Source: Lingula anatina (taxonomy: Eukaryota > Animalia > Brachiopoda). From it: a DNA stretch of 64,000 nt. A model generated the notes under the pieces. The model was not told where the DNA came from and did not search any database. It worked only from the letters and a program-made list of their open reading frames with translations. The translations under genes and the position numbers were made by a program. How positions within the stretch are numbered: the stretch's first letter is position 1; each line of letters opens with the position of its first letter. The stretch covers positions 5,700,587 through 5,764,586 of the forward strand of contig CM120648.1 in the NCBI GenBank assembly GCA_051362555.1, read 5' to 3'. This document shows, one piece after another, positions 25,901-37,600 of this stretch.

Positions 25901-26190
25901 TTGATTACTCCTGTGAGTTTCATGACAACAGGCCTTATGGTTTTCCTTAAAATGTGTTAACAGTGTTGCATATATGCTGAAAAGTGAAAAAACAGCATAA
26001 CTTCCACAATAATGGCCCGATCATGCTGATTTTCGAACTTAACCTGCGTTTCTGTGCTCTGTAAATATAAAGCCAAAAAGTAAAACTGTCTTCCACTTAT
26101 CGTGTTAACGCTGAAAGTGCACGGCGACGGCGACGACAGACGCAGGTGATGGCAATATGTACAGACACATCTGTGTCTGTACATAAAAAT
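22951..26190. mobile_element. Helentron/HINE-like element in the intron of the GIMAP-Hog gene
   Basis: AACAAG start, small hairpin GGCAGC-AAA-GCTGTC, sub-TIR TATGTACAGACA (22972). GACGG-type microsatellite and terminal palindrome TATGTACAGACAC-ATCT-GTGTCTGTACATA (26156-26185) followed by an A run. Internal tandem and duplicated blocks. Confidence 0.7.
24183..26050. repeat. Internal duplications and a ~155-bp tandem array within the Helentron-like element
   Basis: The block aaacaagacagcactgttctgaaatg occurs at 24182 and 25283. Units gcataact.c.a.aataatggccc...ctcctgtgagtttcatgacaa...cagtgttgcatatatgctgaaaagtgaaaa occur near 25130, 25678, 25836 and 25995. Confidence 0.8.
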
Positions 26191-26249
26191 ACGGGTTATG
26201 GGGTGAATATCGCCAAGTGTTTGAAGTGAATCTAGGCCATGGTCATTGT

Positions 26250-26417
26250 CAGGGGCGGATCCAGAGATATATTCTGACAGTCTTCCAAATTATCTTTGTT
26301 GATCCATCTTCCATTTTTGACCGTCTTCCCTCAGAAAACATTAGATGACTGACAACGTAAACTTGAAAATCTGACCGTCTCCCAGAAGACCCAGAAGACG
26401 GCCTAAATCCGCCCCTG
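26250..26417. mobile_element. Small MITE
   Basis: TIRs CAGGGGCGGAT and ATCCGCCCCTG, flanked by ATTGT on both sides. Confidence 0.6.
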
Positions 26418-26723
26418 ATTGTATAGATAAGGAATGCAAATATCATTCTAAAGGAGTGGCCATCCATTTAGAACTAAAGTATTAGAGTAAAAATGGAAAA
26501 AAATGGATCCAAGCACAGCAATGAATCGCCAGAAGGTGAAATTGTTTTTTTCCCCAGAAACATTCAATATGGCAGCTAAATCCCGTGCATAGTGCCTTTA
26601 CAGTAAACGAAAATGCCTGATTACACGGATTAACACAGTGATAGAATGCATACAGAGACTAACAATATAAATTCATTGTTGTCTTAGCGGTTTTTGATAA
26701 TAATCTCGCTTGACTGTACATAC

Positions 26724-26937
26724 TGGCAAAATCAATTATGGAGGGGTCAGCACGGACTTCTTTCAAGGCAGTCAGAAATAAGTCCTTGCCATCGTTTCTG
26801 TTATCCCGGATGTGGTCCCACCATTCAATGAGGAGTTCTGTCACAAGGTGACTTTCAGGAACAACAATCTTTAAGGTGTGTGCCAACCTCAATCTTTTGG
26901 AGTCATTTAATTTGTCGATCAACTCTTTAAAGCTCAT
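26724..26937 (-). CDS. Probable first coding exon of the GIMAP-Hog gene, encoding a death-fold-like domain
   Basis: MSFKELIDKLNDSKRLRLAHTLKI...VTELLIEWWDHIRDNRNDGKDLFLTALKEVRADPSII resembles the death-domain pattern (F..L...L.....LA..L.I / LL..W / L..AL.E). Acceptor ttgtag| at 26949 and donor GCC A|GTATGT (phase 1). An in-frame TGA just upstream supports this ATG as the start. Confidence 0.6.
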
Positions 26938-27710
26938 CTCATTTCAGACCTACAACGACGAAAGTAGAGGTAAGTAAAAAGCCATCCCTGAATGGGGTGT
27001 CCATATCTTACATTGTAGGCTACATGTGCCAACCCAGTGTCACAGAAACATGTTTACAGTATTAATTCCTACTAAGTGAGGTACAGTACCATAAAACTAT
27101 TACAACTACTTGTAGTGAACCGTTAATTAGTACTGATAGTCTTCCAAATTTGCATACTGAGATAATGGGATTTTTTCTAACAAGTTTTAATTATTCAAAA
27201 CTGTATATAGACATGACAGTTTGCATGCCTTGAACTATTAATAGTATTGAGAGCTAATTTCCATATATGTGATTTACCTGTACATATTCGTTAATGTAAA
27301 TTGTACCCACAATTAAATTTTAAGGTCTTAAGGCATGGCATGTCGCATGTCAGTCATAGAAGTTAATCTAAAATGTAAATAAAGTTCATGTATAAAAGCA
27401 GTGACAGGGAGAGAGTTAGGGAGAGATATAGATACCACAGGGAGAGATGGTAGAAGAGACCTGAGTCTTCAGTCGGTTGAATAAATCATGTAGCAGAAAA
27501 CTATACCTGCCTGTCTCAGTTGACTTACTGGTGAAAAAGAAATCAAAGAACCTATATAACCTAATCGGCTGGTTATTACATACTGTGACGGTCACAAGTG
27601 GTGATGACCATGACGTTATTACAATGTCAAGGCATTTTTCGAGCAAAATGCCATAATATATATTTTAGTTACCCAATGCATAGAAACATGTTTTAAATAT
27701 CAACTCTTAC

Positions 27711-27891
27711 TAAGGCCGCATCCAGAACAGTGGACTAACTAGTCCAAGGATCAAATATGTCGTCCCACTAAAAAGCTTGCCGTCTAATCCGCTAATAGCC
27801 ACGGAATAGATTCCCCGCGGGGAAGTATTCAAGTGGGTCGTCCATATTTGACCAGCAGACTAGTTAGTCCACTGTTCTGAATGCGGACTTA
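27711..27891. mobile_element. Palindromic MITE (Tourist/Harbinger-like)
   Basis: TAAGGCCGCATCCAGAACAGTGGACTAACTAGTC ... GACTAGTTAGTCCACTGTTCTGAATGCGGACTTA, with TAA/TTA boundaries. Confidence 0.7.
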
Positions 27892-28519
27892 ATGAGGTAT
27901 TGCCAATCATATGCAACTATTGTAAAGGTTCCTGGAGATCAAGGTCATGACCAAATTTCAAGGTCAAGGAATTTTTTGAGCAAAATATGCCATAATGTCC
28001 ATATTTTGGTTTTCCAATGTCACAGGAACATGTTTAAAGTATGAATCCCTGCCAAATGAGGAATCGACAAAATATTTGCAATAGCAAGCAGGATTCTTTA
28101 TTTTTAATTCTTCCTGGAAGAGCCTGTGTGACAGAAATGATAGGAACAGTAGTCCGTTCCCGATTACTTTTTGCACGTGACATTCGCCCCATATTAACCC
28201 CAATACACCGACTAACCCCAACTAATCATGCATGTAAGACCCCAGATTTCCATTCCCACCCGGGCTCCTTTGTTTTAATTGTTCGATCCACCTGGATAGG
28301 AACCAGCAACAGTCACAGATTGGCCACATTGGATCATATTTTGATTTTAATATAATTACTGGGTCGTAGCATTCACGATTATCTCAGAGAAGATTGAAGA
28401 CATGATTTATGTTACATGTATGCGATCACAGCAAATTCCTCTCCAGCCTATATCAGTATAGTATGAAGATGGTTTAATTTACATCAGACATCAGACAACT
28501 AAAATGAACGCAAGTGGAA

Positions 28520-31500
28520 ACTGCATATATACCGGTTTTTAAGACAGGATTGTAAATTTGTAATGATTTTAACAAGGGTTAGTCTCTTTCTGAAAAGGTC
28601 TACCGTTTTATGAAGTTCTTGAAAGATGAGATTGAAGGTAAAGATTTAGTGGAGGAGGATAGTTGATCCCATGAAGACATTAGAAAATAGTTAACTGAGG
28701 TACGGGGGTATTTAGGAGGAAGTTTAAAGACTCTTGTTATTTTCTCGGGTTATGATTGGAAAAGGGTTTCTGGATGGGTGGAATATATCAGAAACATAGG
28801 AGGGGACCATATTCGCCATAACTGAAAACATAATTTTTTGAGCATGCATTTTTCTTCTATCAAATAGAGAAATTCGATTTAGTTGTTCAAATATTTTGGA
28901 GGTACAAGAGCTAGGTAAGGCTCCCAGTACTATTATGCCGGCTTGGTATTGAAGAGACGATAGTTTCGATAATTTCTTCTGGAGTGAGTTATGATAGAAG
29001 ATGTCACAGTAATCAAATTGTGATTGGATAAAGGCATTATATATTACATTTAAATGTTTGGACCTAACTTTGCAGTATAGAGGTTTTAGTGCATTTAAAG
29101 CCCGTTGAACCTTTTCGTAAACAAGAGCAATATGGTCGTTAAATTTTGTTTTGGATCAAGTACTAGTCCCAGGTGTTTATGGCTCTTAGACCTAATAATA
29201 ATAATTTATTAAGCCAATAAAATACAAATGTATAAAATCGGGAATCTTTTGCCCTGTAGTAGCGCCATTGAAATATAAAGAATGAAAATTAAAATTACAT
29301 GTTAGAGTTAAAAACAGTTACTGCCAAAGGATAAAAGCTATTTAAAAATCGCTTACTACCCTTAAAAGCTAAGAGTCTCGAATTGCTAGGTAAAAATTTA
29401 AAAAGGGTATGAGCTGGATGGGAACTGTCTCCCATTATTGATAATGTTTTCTTTTTAGTCCTGTCTAGATATATAGTATGGACGGCAGTTAGATCTGTTC
29501 CAATTAAAGTCCCTGCAGTTTCGACGATCTTTTCCAACTTGTTCCTCTCCTCCACAGTTGCACGTCCATACCAAACAGTTACTGAATAAGTTAAAATACT
29601 CTCTAAAACACACCTGTAAAAGTTCGTTAAAATAAACACATTCCTGGTAAAAGCTTTCAATTTCCTTAAGAAATACATTCGTTGACGTGCCTTTTTCAAT
29701 AGCTTTCTTGATGTTATCGCCCCAGGTTAACCATTATTCAGCTGAACCCCTAGTAATTTATAATTGGAAACCTGTTCGACCGCTTTACCGTTAATTTCCA
29801 AGGGATTTTTACTTAACTGATTTCTTCTGAAGTCTATGATCATTTCTTTTGTTTTGCTCACATTTAATATCAAGTCATTGTCTGTGCACCAATTTACTAA
29901 ACTTGTAACATGGTATCATGGTATTGTTAATATACAATCATGGTATTGCTATTGTTAATATACAATCCAGGGTATGTATTAGTATTATTTTCTTTGCCGA
30001 ATATAATTTCGCAGCACTTTGCCGGTTTAAAATTCAGTTTCCATTTATTGGACCAATTTTCGATGGTACGTAGGTCACCTTGTAATATAGCGTGTGAATT
30101 GACATCACCCCGACGGGAGGGCATAAAGAGGGAAGTATCATCAGCGTAGATTAAACAATCAGTAGAGAGTCCGTCAGGGAGGTCATTAATATATATGAGA
30201 AAAAGTAACGGGCCAAGTATACTACCTTGGGGTACACTTGTATTTATGTAACCTCCCTTAGACAAATTAGACGATTTCCCACCGACACGTACTTTAACTC
30301 TTCTATATATCAAGTACGATGACAATAGTGCATGAAGTTCGCCGATTAGACCGTAAGACTTAAGTTTAAAAAGAAGGAGTGAATGGGGAACTCGGTCGAA
30401 TGCAGCCTCTATATCGAGAAAGACTCCTTTGGTGTCATAACCATTAATAGAGTTACTCGTAATTAAATTATGAATCGCCAAGAGCTGGTACTCTGTGCTA
30501 TGACCCTTCAAAAAGCCGGATTGTTTAGGGTATAGGAGTTTGTTGTCCAGAATAAAGTTAATCACCCTATTATATATTATTCGCTCTAAAATCTTAGATA
30601 TAATACTAAGTAAAGAAATTGGTCTATAGTTTAAAATAGATTTTTTATCATCCTTTTTAAAAATTGGGCAAATTTCGGCAATTTTCCAGATGTTGGGGAA
30701 GGTATTAGACTGTATAATTGCATTGAACAAAATATTAAGGGGCTTCACCACTGAGTTTTTGGAGAGTTTTATCATCTTGACGGTAATCAGGTCAGAGCCG
30801 TTAGCTTTATATTGGGTCTAGATCATCAATTATCGATTTAATTTCACTACTTGTATCATCAGCGTAGATTAAACAATCAGTAGAGAGTCCGTCAGGGAGG
30901 TCATTAATATATATGAGAAAAAGTATCTGAGATAGGGTAGCATTAGTTCTTACAGGAAAGAGAATTTCACCAACATTTGCTACAGAGTCCGAGTGGTACA
31001 TTGATGAGAAATAAAACAAAAATTCATCAGCCTTTTCTTGATCAGTAGACGCAACAGATCCATTTCTCGGGTTTTTGAGAATAGGAATAGAAGACGATCG
31101 CTCTTTCCCAAGAATATTTTTCTTTGCGGTCCAGTATAATTTGCTATCATCGCCTTTGTTGTCGAGGCTCTCTATTTTAGAATTAAGGAATGGTTCTTTT
31201 GTTTTAATTATTAATTCTTTAACTTTTATCGCCTGAATTTTGTAATTATTTTCATTCTTTTCTGAAGGTTTAATCCTCATTTTTTATATAGTTTCTTTTT
31301 CTTATTTAACTCATGCTTAATTTGGTCATTGAACCATGGCTTGTCATTTGACCTGATCAGCCTCCTTTTATGGGGTATATGGCGCTTGTTAAAAGAGAGT
31401 AAAGAGTCAGTAAAAACTTCAGTTTTTACGTTAATATCATGATCATTTTTTGAAAATAAAGTTTCCCAGTCATATTCGCTTATGTCTTTGTCTAAAGCCA

Positions 31501-31580
31501 CCACATTATCCTGATCGTACTTCCATATTGTTCTATATACAGGATCGTGCTTGGGTTGAGTAATGCCAAATTCAGTAACG
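28520..31580 (-). mobile_element. Degenerate CR1/L2-group non-LTR retrotransposon (ORF2 with RT), 5'-truncated and interrupted
   Basis: KPWFND, PNIWKIAEICPIFKK, NYRPISLLS, QSGFLKGHSTE, VFLDIEAAFDRVPH, VPQGSILGPLLFLIYINDL, YADDT, then HKHLGLVLD after the nested insert. Frameshifts and stops are present; boundaries are approximate. Confidence 0.9.
29194..29925 (-). mobile_element. Nested 3' fragment of a Rex1/Babar-like LINE
   Basis: KKARQRMYFLRKLK...FYRCVLESILTYSVTVWYG...SHPAHTLFKFLPS...RFLNSFYPLAV, the typical Rex1/Babar C-terminus. AATAAA and a (TTA)n tail lie at 29210-29194. It splits the host RT between NTMIV and RSKSHKHLG. Confidence 0.8.
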
Positions 31581-31589
31581 AGGGTGGAT

Positions 31590-32200
31590 TAAAAGGATGT
31601 GGAAAATACTCAGAAACAAACGCAATTTATTTATTGATAATATATCTCCCTGGCAGAAGAAGCCCCATGTGTATATACTAGTATTCCTTTGACATGGCGG
31701 CCACCTTGGATATTCTCGAAATGCCTAAGAATAAAGGATAGTTACTCACCACAAATGTATTATTTGAGTAATAAGGATGTGGAAAACACTCAGAAACAAA
31801 ATTATTAAAATAGTGTACAATGCATTTTTCTTGCTGGCATTAGTTGAAAACACTTGCATGGTCTAGTATTCCTATTTCATACGGCGGCCATCTTGGATTT
31901 TTCAAAAAGTCCAAGGACACTCGTTTGTTATCTGACATATATGCATTATATGGGTAATAAGGATGTGGAAATCACTATGAAAATAGTTAATTTGATAATA
32001 ATCAACATAGGTATGTATATATTAGTAAAGAATTTTTAAATTGGCGGCCATTTTAGATTTTTGGACCAAACGGTAAAATTTTTCAGAGGGCCACGGTTCT
32101 AGAACGATTTAGTATGTCAAAAGGCAAACACATGCAAAATTTGGTACTTTTATCCGCCGTGTCACGATTTGGCCATTTTTTACCCTAAGCCACCCCACTA
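31590..32200. mobile_element. Terminal fragment of a DNA transposon (possibly Academ-like)
   Basis: Repeated GGCGGCCA(T/C)(C/T)TT motifs, ending in ...CCGCCGTGTCACGATTTGGCC...CCCTAAGCCACCCCACTA. Only one end is visible. Confidence 0.35.
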
Positions 32201-32318
32201 TTTGGCCTTCTTTGAATTAGAACAAATGGGTGTATTGTAATGCACGCAGCTGTCTTAATTTAGTTGCAGAGTTAGACGGGTCAAAATACCACGTTACAAT
32301 GTTATATGTACATAAACA

Positions 32319-32374
<56 letters not shown>

Positions 32375-32998
32375 GTTAAAGTGTTTTTCCTGTACGTGTA
32401 TATATATAAAGAGTATACATGTAGTATCCTCCCAAGCTACCGGTACCGTACATGTACCAGTAGCTGAAGGACCTCTACCTGTAAACTTAAAATTAAAGGC
32501 TTTTTAGGCGGTGAATGTCTTTTTCGCCTCCATTCTCATGGCTCGGACAAGAATATAAAAAACTTTCTACTTTTCTTTTCCAATACCACTTGCATACATA
32601 TAACCAAATTTAAATAAATTTAAATAAATTTGCATTTCTTAGTTAAAAAAAAAGTAAATAAATAAAAAAATAACTAAATGAATAGAATAAAATAAATAAA
32701 TAATAAGGTTTACGTATTTAGAAATTAATAAAAATAGTGCCTTCATTCACTGTTATTTTATGCATCACTCTTCCCATTTGATATGTACTTAACTTACGTT
32801 TCACCCGTCCGCAGCTAATGTCCACTTGCACAGCCCCCTCCCGCAAAAAATGATTATTATTAATTGAAACTTTAGTATAAGATATCTTTGGGGCATGTAC
32901 GTAGGATAACATTTATTGGATGTGGTTAACAAATCTGCTCACTTATACAGACTAAACCAGTATTACATAACAAAAAGCTTCCGTTAAAAAACACTTAC

Positions 32999-33223
32999 TT
33001 CTGATGAACACTGCATGACTGCGTAGCAGGAATCGCACCGAAGAAATGCGTACGTCCCAACTGTGTTTGTCACTTTTCCTGTACAGACGCTTCTCGTTAT
33101 GTACGTTCCCCTGTACATCAGATGTGAGACCTGCAGATTTGTAGACCTGTTTATATTTCTTTCTGTGGAAAAATGTGCGTTGAACGATTGGTGACGCTAA
33201 CGAGAGAGATGAATCCAGTCTAT
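32999..33223 (-). pseudogene. Diverged orphan copy of the GIMAP-Hog linker exon
   Basis: atttcag|AT AGA CTG GAT TCA TCT CTC TCG TTA GCG TCA CCA ATC (RLDSSLSLASPI, versus KLDLSPSLASPI at 22716). The flanking intron is similar and the GTAAGT donor is kept, but the 3' end is frameshifted relative to the paralogue. Confidence 0.6.
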
Positions 33224-33588
33224 CTGAAATAAAGCAACGAACAGATTTGAGTATACGTTAAAGTGAAAAGAGCCTTCGTTGGATCTACATGTACCAGTAA
33301 AGCGTAAAATCCTTATGTCAGTAATCAACAGAATTAAATGCGATGTGTATATTAGTATCGTTCTATCGTGCTGTTCTCTAGCATTTTACCTGTTCACACC
33401 TTTCTTAAAGAAAATACCGGGTAAGTAAAAATAAAAAAAAACAGTGTGAACAGTTTTTTCTAATATCTGTATTTATCACTTGCAGCGAGCTTATATCAAT
33501 AGCCCAGGCAAAATAGGGGTTCATCTAGACAAAATTGCAACAGAGTTTATTTCTTCAACATCACCTGAGAACACCAAAGCATCATACT

Positions 33589-33820
33589 CAGGCCTACCCA
33601 AATACCAGATTCGGCACATAAGGATCCTTTATTAACCGGTATATCGGACCACACTACCCGTTTTCAAGGTGTGTGTTAGATCGCAATTCGGAGTATCATA
33701 CCCCAGAGACTTATACTCCGAAATGCGATCTGACACACACCTTGAAAACGGGTAGTGTGATCCGATATACCGGTTAATTCAGGATCCTTATGTGCCGAGT
33801 CTGGTAGTTGGGTAGGCCTG
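33589..33820. mobile_element. Near-perfect fold-back MITE (232 bp)
   Basis: ~108-bp inverted arms CAGGCCTACCCAA...TTCGGAGTAT / ATACTCCGAAAT...TTGGGTAGGCCTG, with an ATACT direct repeat on both flanks. Confidence 0.85.
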
Positions 33821-34199
33821 ATACTACCTCTGTAAAAGTCCCACAAAATCCCTGCATGTGAAACATATAAAAGTCCAAAATGACCGCCAATTGCGATGGA
33901 ATTATACTTGTCGCACTAGTATACTAGTATACATGGTCTTATTTAACTCACTAACGCCTTATAAAGCTCATTCATGCCACTATTTGCATATCTGTGTGCA
34001 ATACAGACACATCTACAGGGTTTCTTTTAATTATCTGGGGTTGTTTTACACCATTAAAATTATAAAATTGCCTCCAACTGCCCCAGAAACAATGTTTTTC
34101 ACAAACACTCGCCTTTAAAGATTTTTGTTACACCATGCTTCATTATTAGTTTTGACTAAATACACATCTCAGCTTTTGTTTTGATTTGTATCTTTATTC

Positions 34200-34620
34200 T
34201 TTAAAGAGAGCACATGAAATGTCAACAGAGACATGGAGAATGGTGAAATGGCAGGAAGAATGGGATGTCCTTCAAAATGGCAGACTGACATGTATGACTT
34301 CATTCCTGAAGTGAGCACCCGACCACCTGGCCATGAGCTGGGTCGCCTATCATGGACTCGACTGAACCGCATCAGAACAGGTCAAGGCCGTTTTCGTGCT
34401 AATATGTTTGAAAGGGGGCTCTGTCAATCTCCAGCATGCGAGTGTGGTGCCCCCCTACAGACAGCCAACCACACCGTAGAGACTTGTCAACTGCATCAGT
34501 GCACAGGGTTGGACTCACTTAAGTCGTTAGACGAAAGAGCTAAAGACTGGCTTGAAAATGCCAATATAATCCTCTGACTTTTGATTCTTAAGTGCACATT
34601 ACCTGGATGAAAACGGACAT
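34200..34620 (+). mobile_element. 3' fragment of a non-LTR retrotransposon (C-terminal CCHC zinc knuckle)
   Basis: WTRLNRIRTGQGRFRANMFERGLCQSPACECGAPLQTANHTVETC is typical of LINE ORF2 C-termini. Confidence 0.8.
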
Positions 34621-37600
34621 ACGCATATATATAAAGAAAGCACAAATTACGACAAAGGTAAATTGTAGAAATGACCAGTATTTTCTAGGAATATTCTTAA
34701 TTTTTTTTTAAAAAGTCAGGAGGCTGTCCGTCTTGTTATTGCCATCTGGTTTATATCTCAATATTTAAGCAATCTTTTTTTTTGTTAATTCTTTCCTGGG
34801 GCATTTGACGGCTCTACCCTTTTCGTCTCTCTTGAATTTAAGTTCTTCAATACAGTAAGTGTCTACCATTCTACTGATGAAATAAAACCCTCTAGAAAAA
34901 TAAAACGTTGGCGTTTATGCATCCCGCTGTTAAGAACAACAAATACCGCCATTTGACTCCGCAAGTCATTGCTTCAAATGTGCAAACATCACATAATTCA
35001 ACGAGCAGATGTATTCAGGAGAGACGCCTAAATGTTTATCTATTTTAATATACACTCTGTTAAAAATGCACAGAATAAAACAAAGAACATATAAATGACT
35101 TGAATGCCATAAATTTAAGTGAGCAGTCCGATGAACAGTGATTACATTATATGTCGTCAGGTGTTTGAATAAATGTTACGCACACTTTTCTAGAGTTCTA
35201 GAACCTGATGAGGGAGCAACAACAAGCTCACATGCTGACTTAATGGGGGCGTGGCAGCGCGAAGGTCGCACTGAACAGGACGAGATCAACTACAGTTGGA
35301 GCTACCGGTACGTGATGGCCGTCGCATTTTGATCAGGCGGGATATGAGCACTTTGTCAGTTTCGCCAAACTGTCGTGACATATTTATGATCCATGTTGCC
35401 TTTCCGGCGTCCATACTAACAGAATCCTGTATCATCACATGTGGAGTTTTCCAGTGTATGGTTATATCAACCTACGCTGATAGATTTTTTAAGTTAAAAC
35501 TTTAAATTGCTCAGAAGGTGTGCATTATGCTGTGTACCATTTGAGTAATTTTAAACAAGATAGTATGTGTAGATGCAAATTCAACATTTATAGACTTAAA
35601 CATTCACGAATGAGAAATAGACACCGTCGCAACAGTTTGTCGTATATAAATGGCACACGTTAAAATAACATTAGTTATGTATTGCCAACGACTGATACAA
35701 TGTATCTCTATATGCAAAATGAAATAATGTTCAAAAAGGGCCTTAACAAATATTAACTCTGTGTGTGTGTGTGGAATTGATCAAAAATGGAACATTTGTA
35801 GAGTTGTTCTTTATCATCTTGTAAATAGAACTCTGATATCAGAAGTGTGGCTGTGAATGGAGGTGGCACGTCGAGATCGATTACAATTGCGCCACGTGAT
35901 GACCCTCACGTACTTTAACTTGGCGGGACCCCAACCCTTCAGTAACTTTGCTGGCAAAAGACAGCCTTTTAGGACACATAACCCGGCGAAATAACGACAA
36001 TCTCTCCGATGGTTTCTACAGCGTTCAAAAATGGCAAAGTCCACACAATAAAGGCCAAACCTTCACCACAGTAAGGGAAGGGTTCTCTCTACCAGAGGTG
36101 AGTGAGTGATGATGGAAATAAATCTATGCACTAGTCAGCAATTAAAACGTAACAAAAGGCCTATCTAATAAAATTCATGTTTTGGTCTTGGTAAAGGATC
36201 AGAGAAACGTATCATTTACATGCTGCGGGCAGCAGTAGGTGACTTGACTGAAAAGAATTCAGCCCAAAATGGCCATCTATCTAGCTAGAGACATATCTGT
36301 GAATATCTGTAAAAATCTATCAGTCGCCCTGGTAGAGGGTAAATAGCAGGGACGAAAAAAGAAGGAAAGATCTAACAAACAACGTTCTGTCATATCCTGT
36401 AACACTTTTCTATGGAATATCAATAATAAACGAGTTTGTCCAACACTACTTGGGTAGTGTAGCTTTACTCTGGTGGGCATGAGTACTCGTATAAGACCGC
36501 AAGAGAAAGTTCAAATACCGGTATATACTTACCTAACTGAAGTGAAAATGAGAGGTGTTCTTGTTCCCCTACTGTCTTCTTCCTTCTGCTAGCGCTGTTG
36601 CAGTAAGCCCGAGTCGTTGTACATAAGACCACAAGTGCATATCCATATAAGGGGCACCCGATCCTTTCTTTAGATCTTCTTGGAAAAACAAACTGGGCTC
36701 CTCCCAAAAGGCCTTGGTAAGAACTTTATTGAACCCTTTGATTTCTGTGTTAATCCATATGCCAACATGTTTGTCTCAAATTATGATAAAATCTTTGTTG
36801 CAAGGGGTGTACTATTGGTAGATTATGATAAAATAATCGCGCATTTTGACTATATCTTAGTTATTAGGGTCAAAATTAGTGTACATTTTTTAAATTAAGT
36901 ATGGGCTCAGCCCACACGCCGGCTGCCTATGTCCGTCGTGGGGGGGGGGGGGGGGGAGGAGGGGGGGATGCCCCCCTCCGCGGGTGGGAGTTTGATGCCT
37001 TCCCCCTATGAAATTTTGAAATTAACATAAAATGTTGTAATTTACTGTCATTTAAACCAAAGATTATCCCTCTGAATATGAAAGATAGACCAGCTAGTCA
37101 GCCGTGTGGGCAAAATTTCACATTTATAGAGAAATCCACTAGTGAGCGGTTCTAGAACAAGTGTCATTTCTAGTTCAAAATTGGGGGCCTCGACACTCTT
37201 CACCTTCTTTCCAAGTATCTTTTATTAAAATGATAACAATAATGCGGCTCGACAATACACTCGTAATATTTCACGTACAGCTCGGCGACTCGTATTGGAT
37301 CTATCACACACACACACACACATATAAAAAAAATGAAAGAAGGCAACAAAGGTAAAAGGTCAACTGTGTAGAAATGTAGAAAAGATAAGAGAAAAAGGGA
37401 AGTGGGTTAAGGACGAAGTAAAAGCAAAATAGAGATTGCAATGTTTCACAGCTTATGAACACACATGTAGTTTGAAAAGTAAACAATAAAGCATCAAAAA
37501 AAGTTTAACAACTATTCCTGACCTCGATCGAAAAGCTATGGACTACTCGAAATTGTAAACAATACACACACACAAAAAAAACATTAATTGGGTCTTTTCC

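Noticed and set aside
35138-36707. Short ORFs and a strong - strand donor (AG|GTAAGT at ~36532) as possible upstream exons of the GIMAP-Hog gene
   Set aside because: No recognisable protein motif and no way to link them without transcripts. They could be 5' UTR exons.
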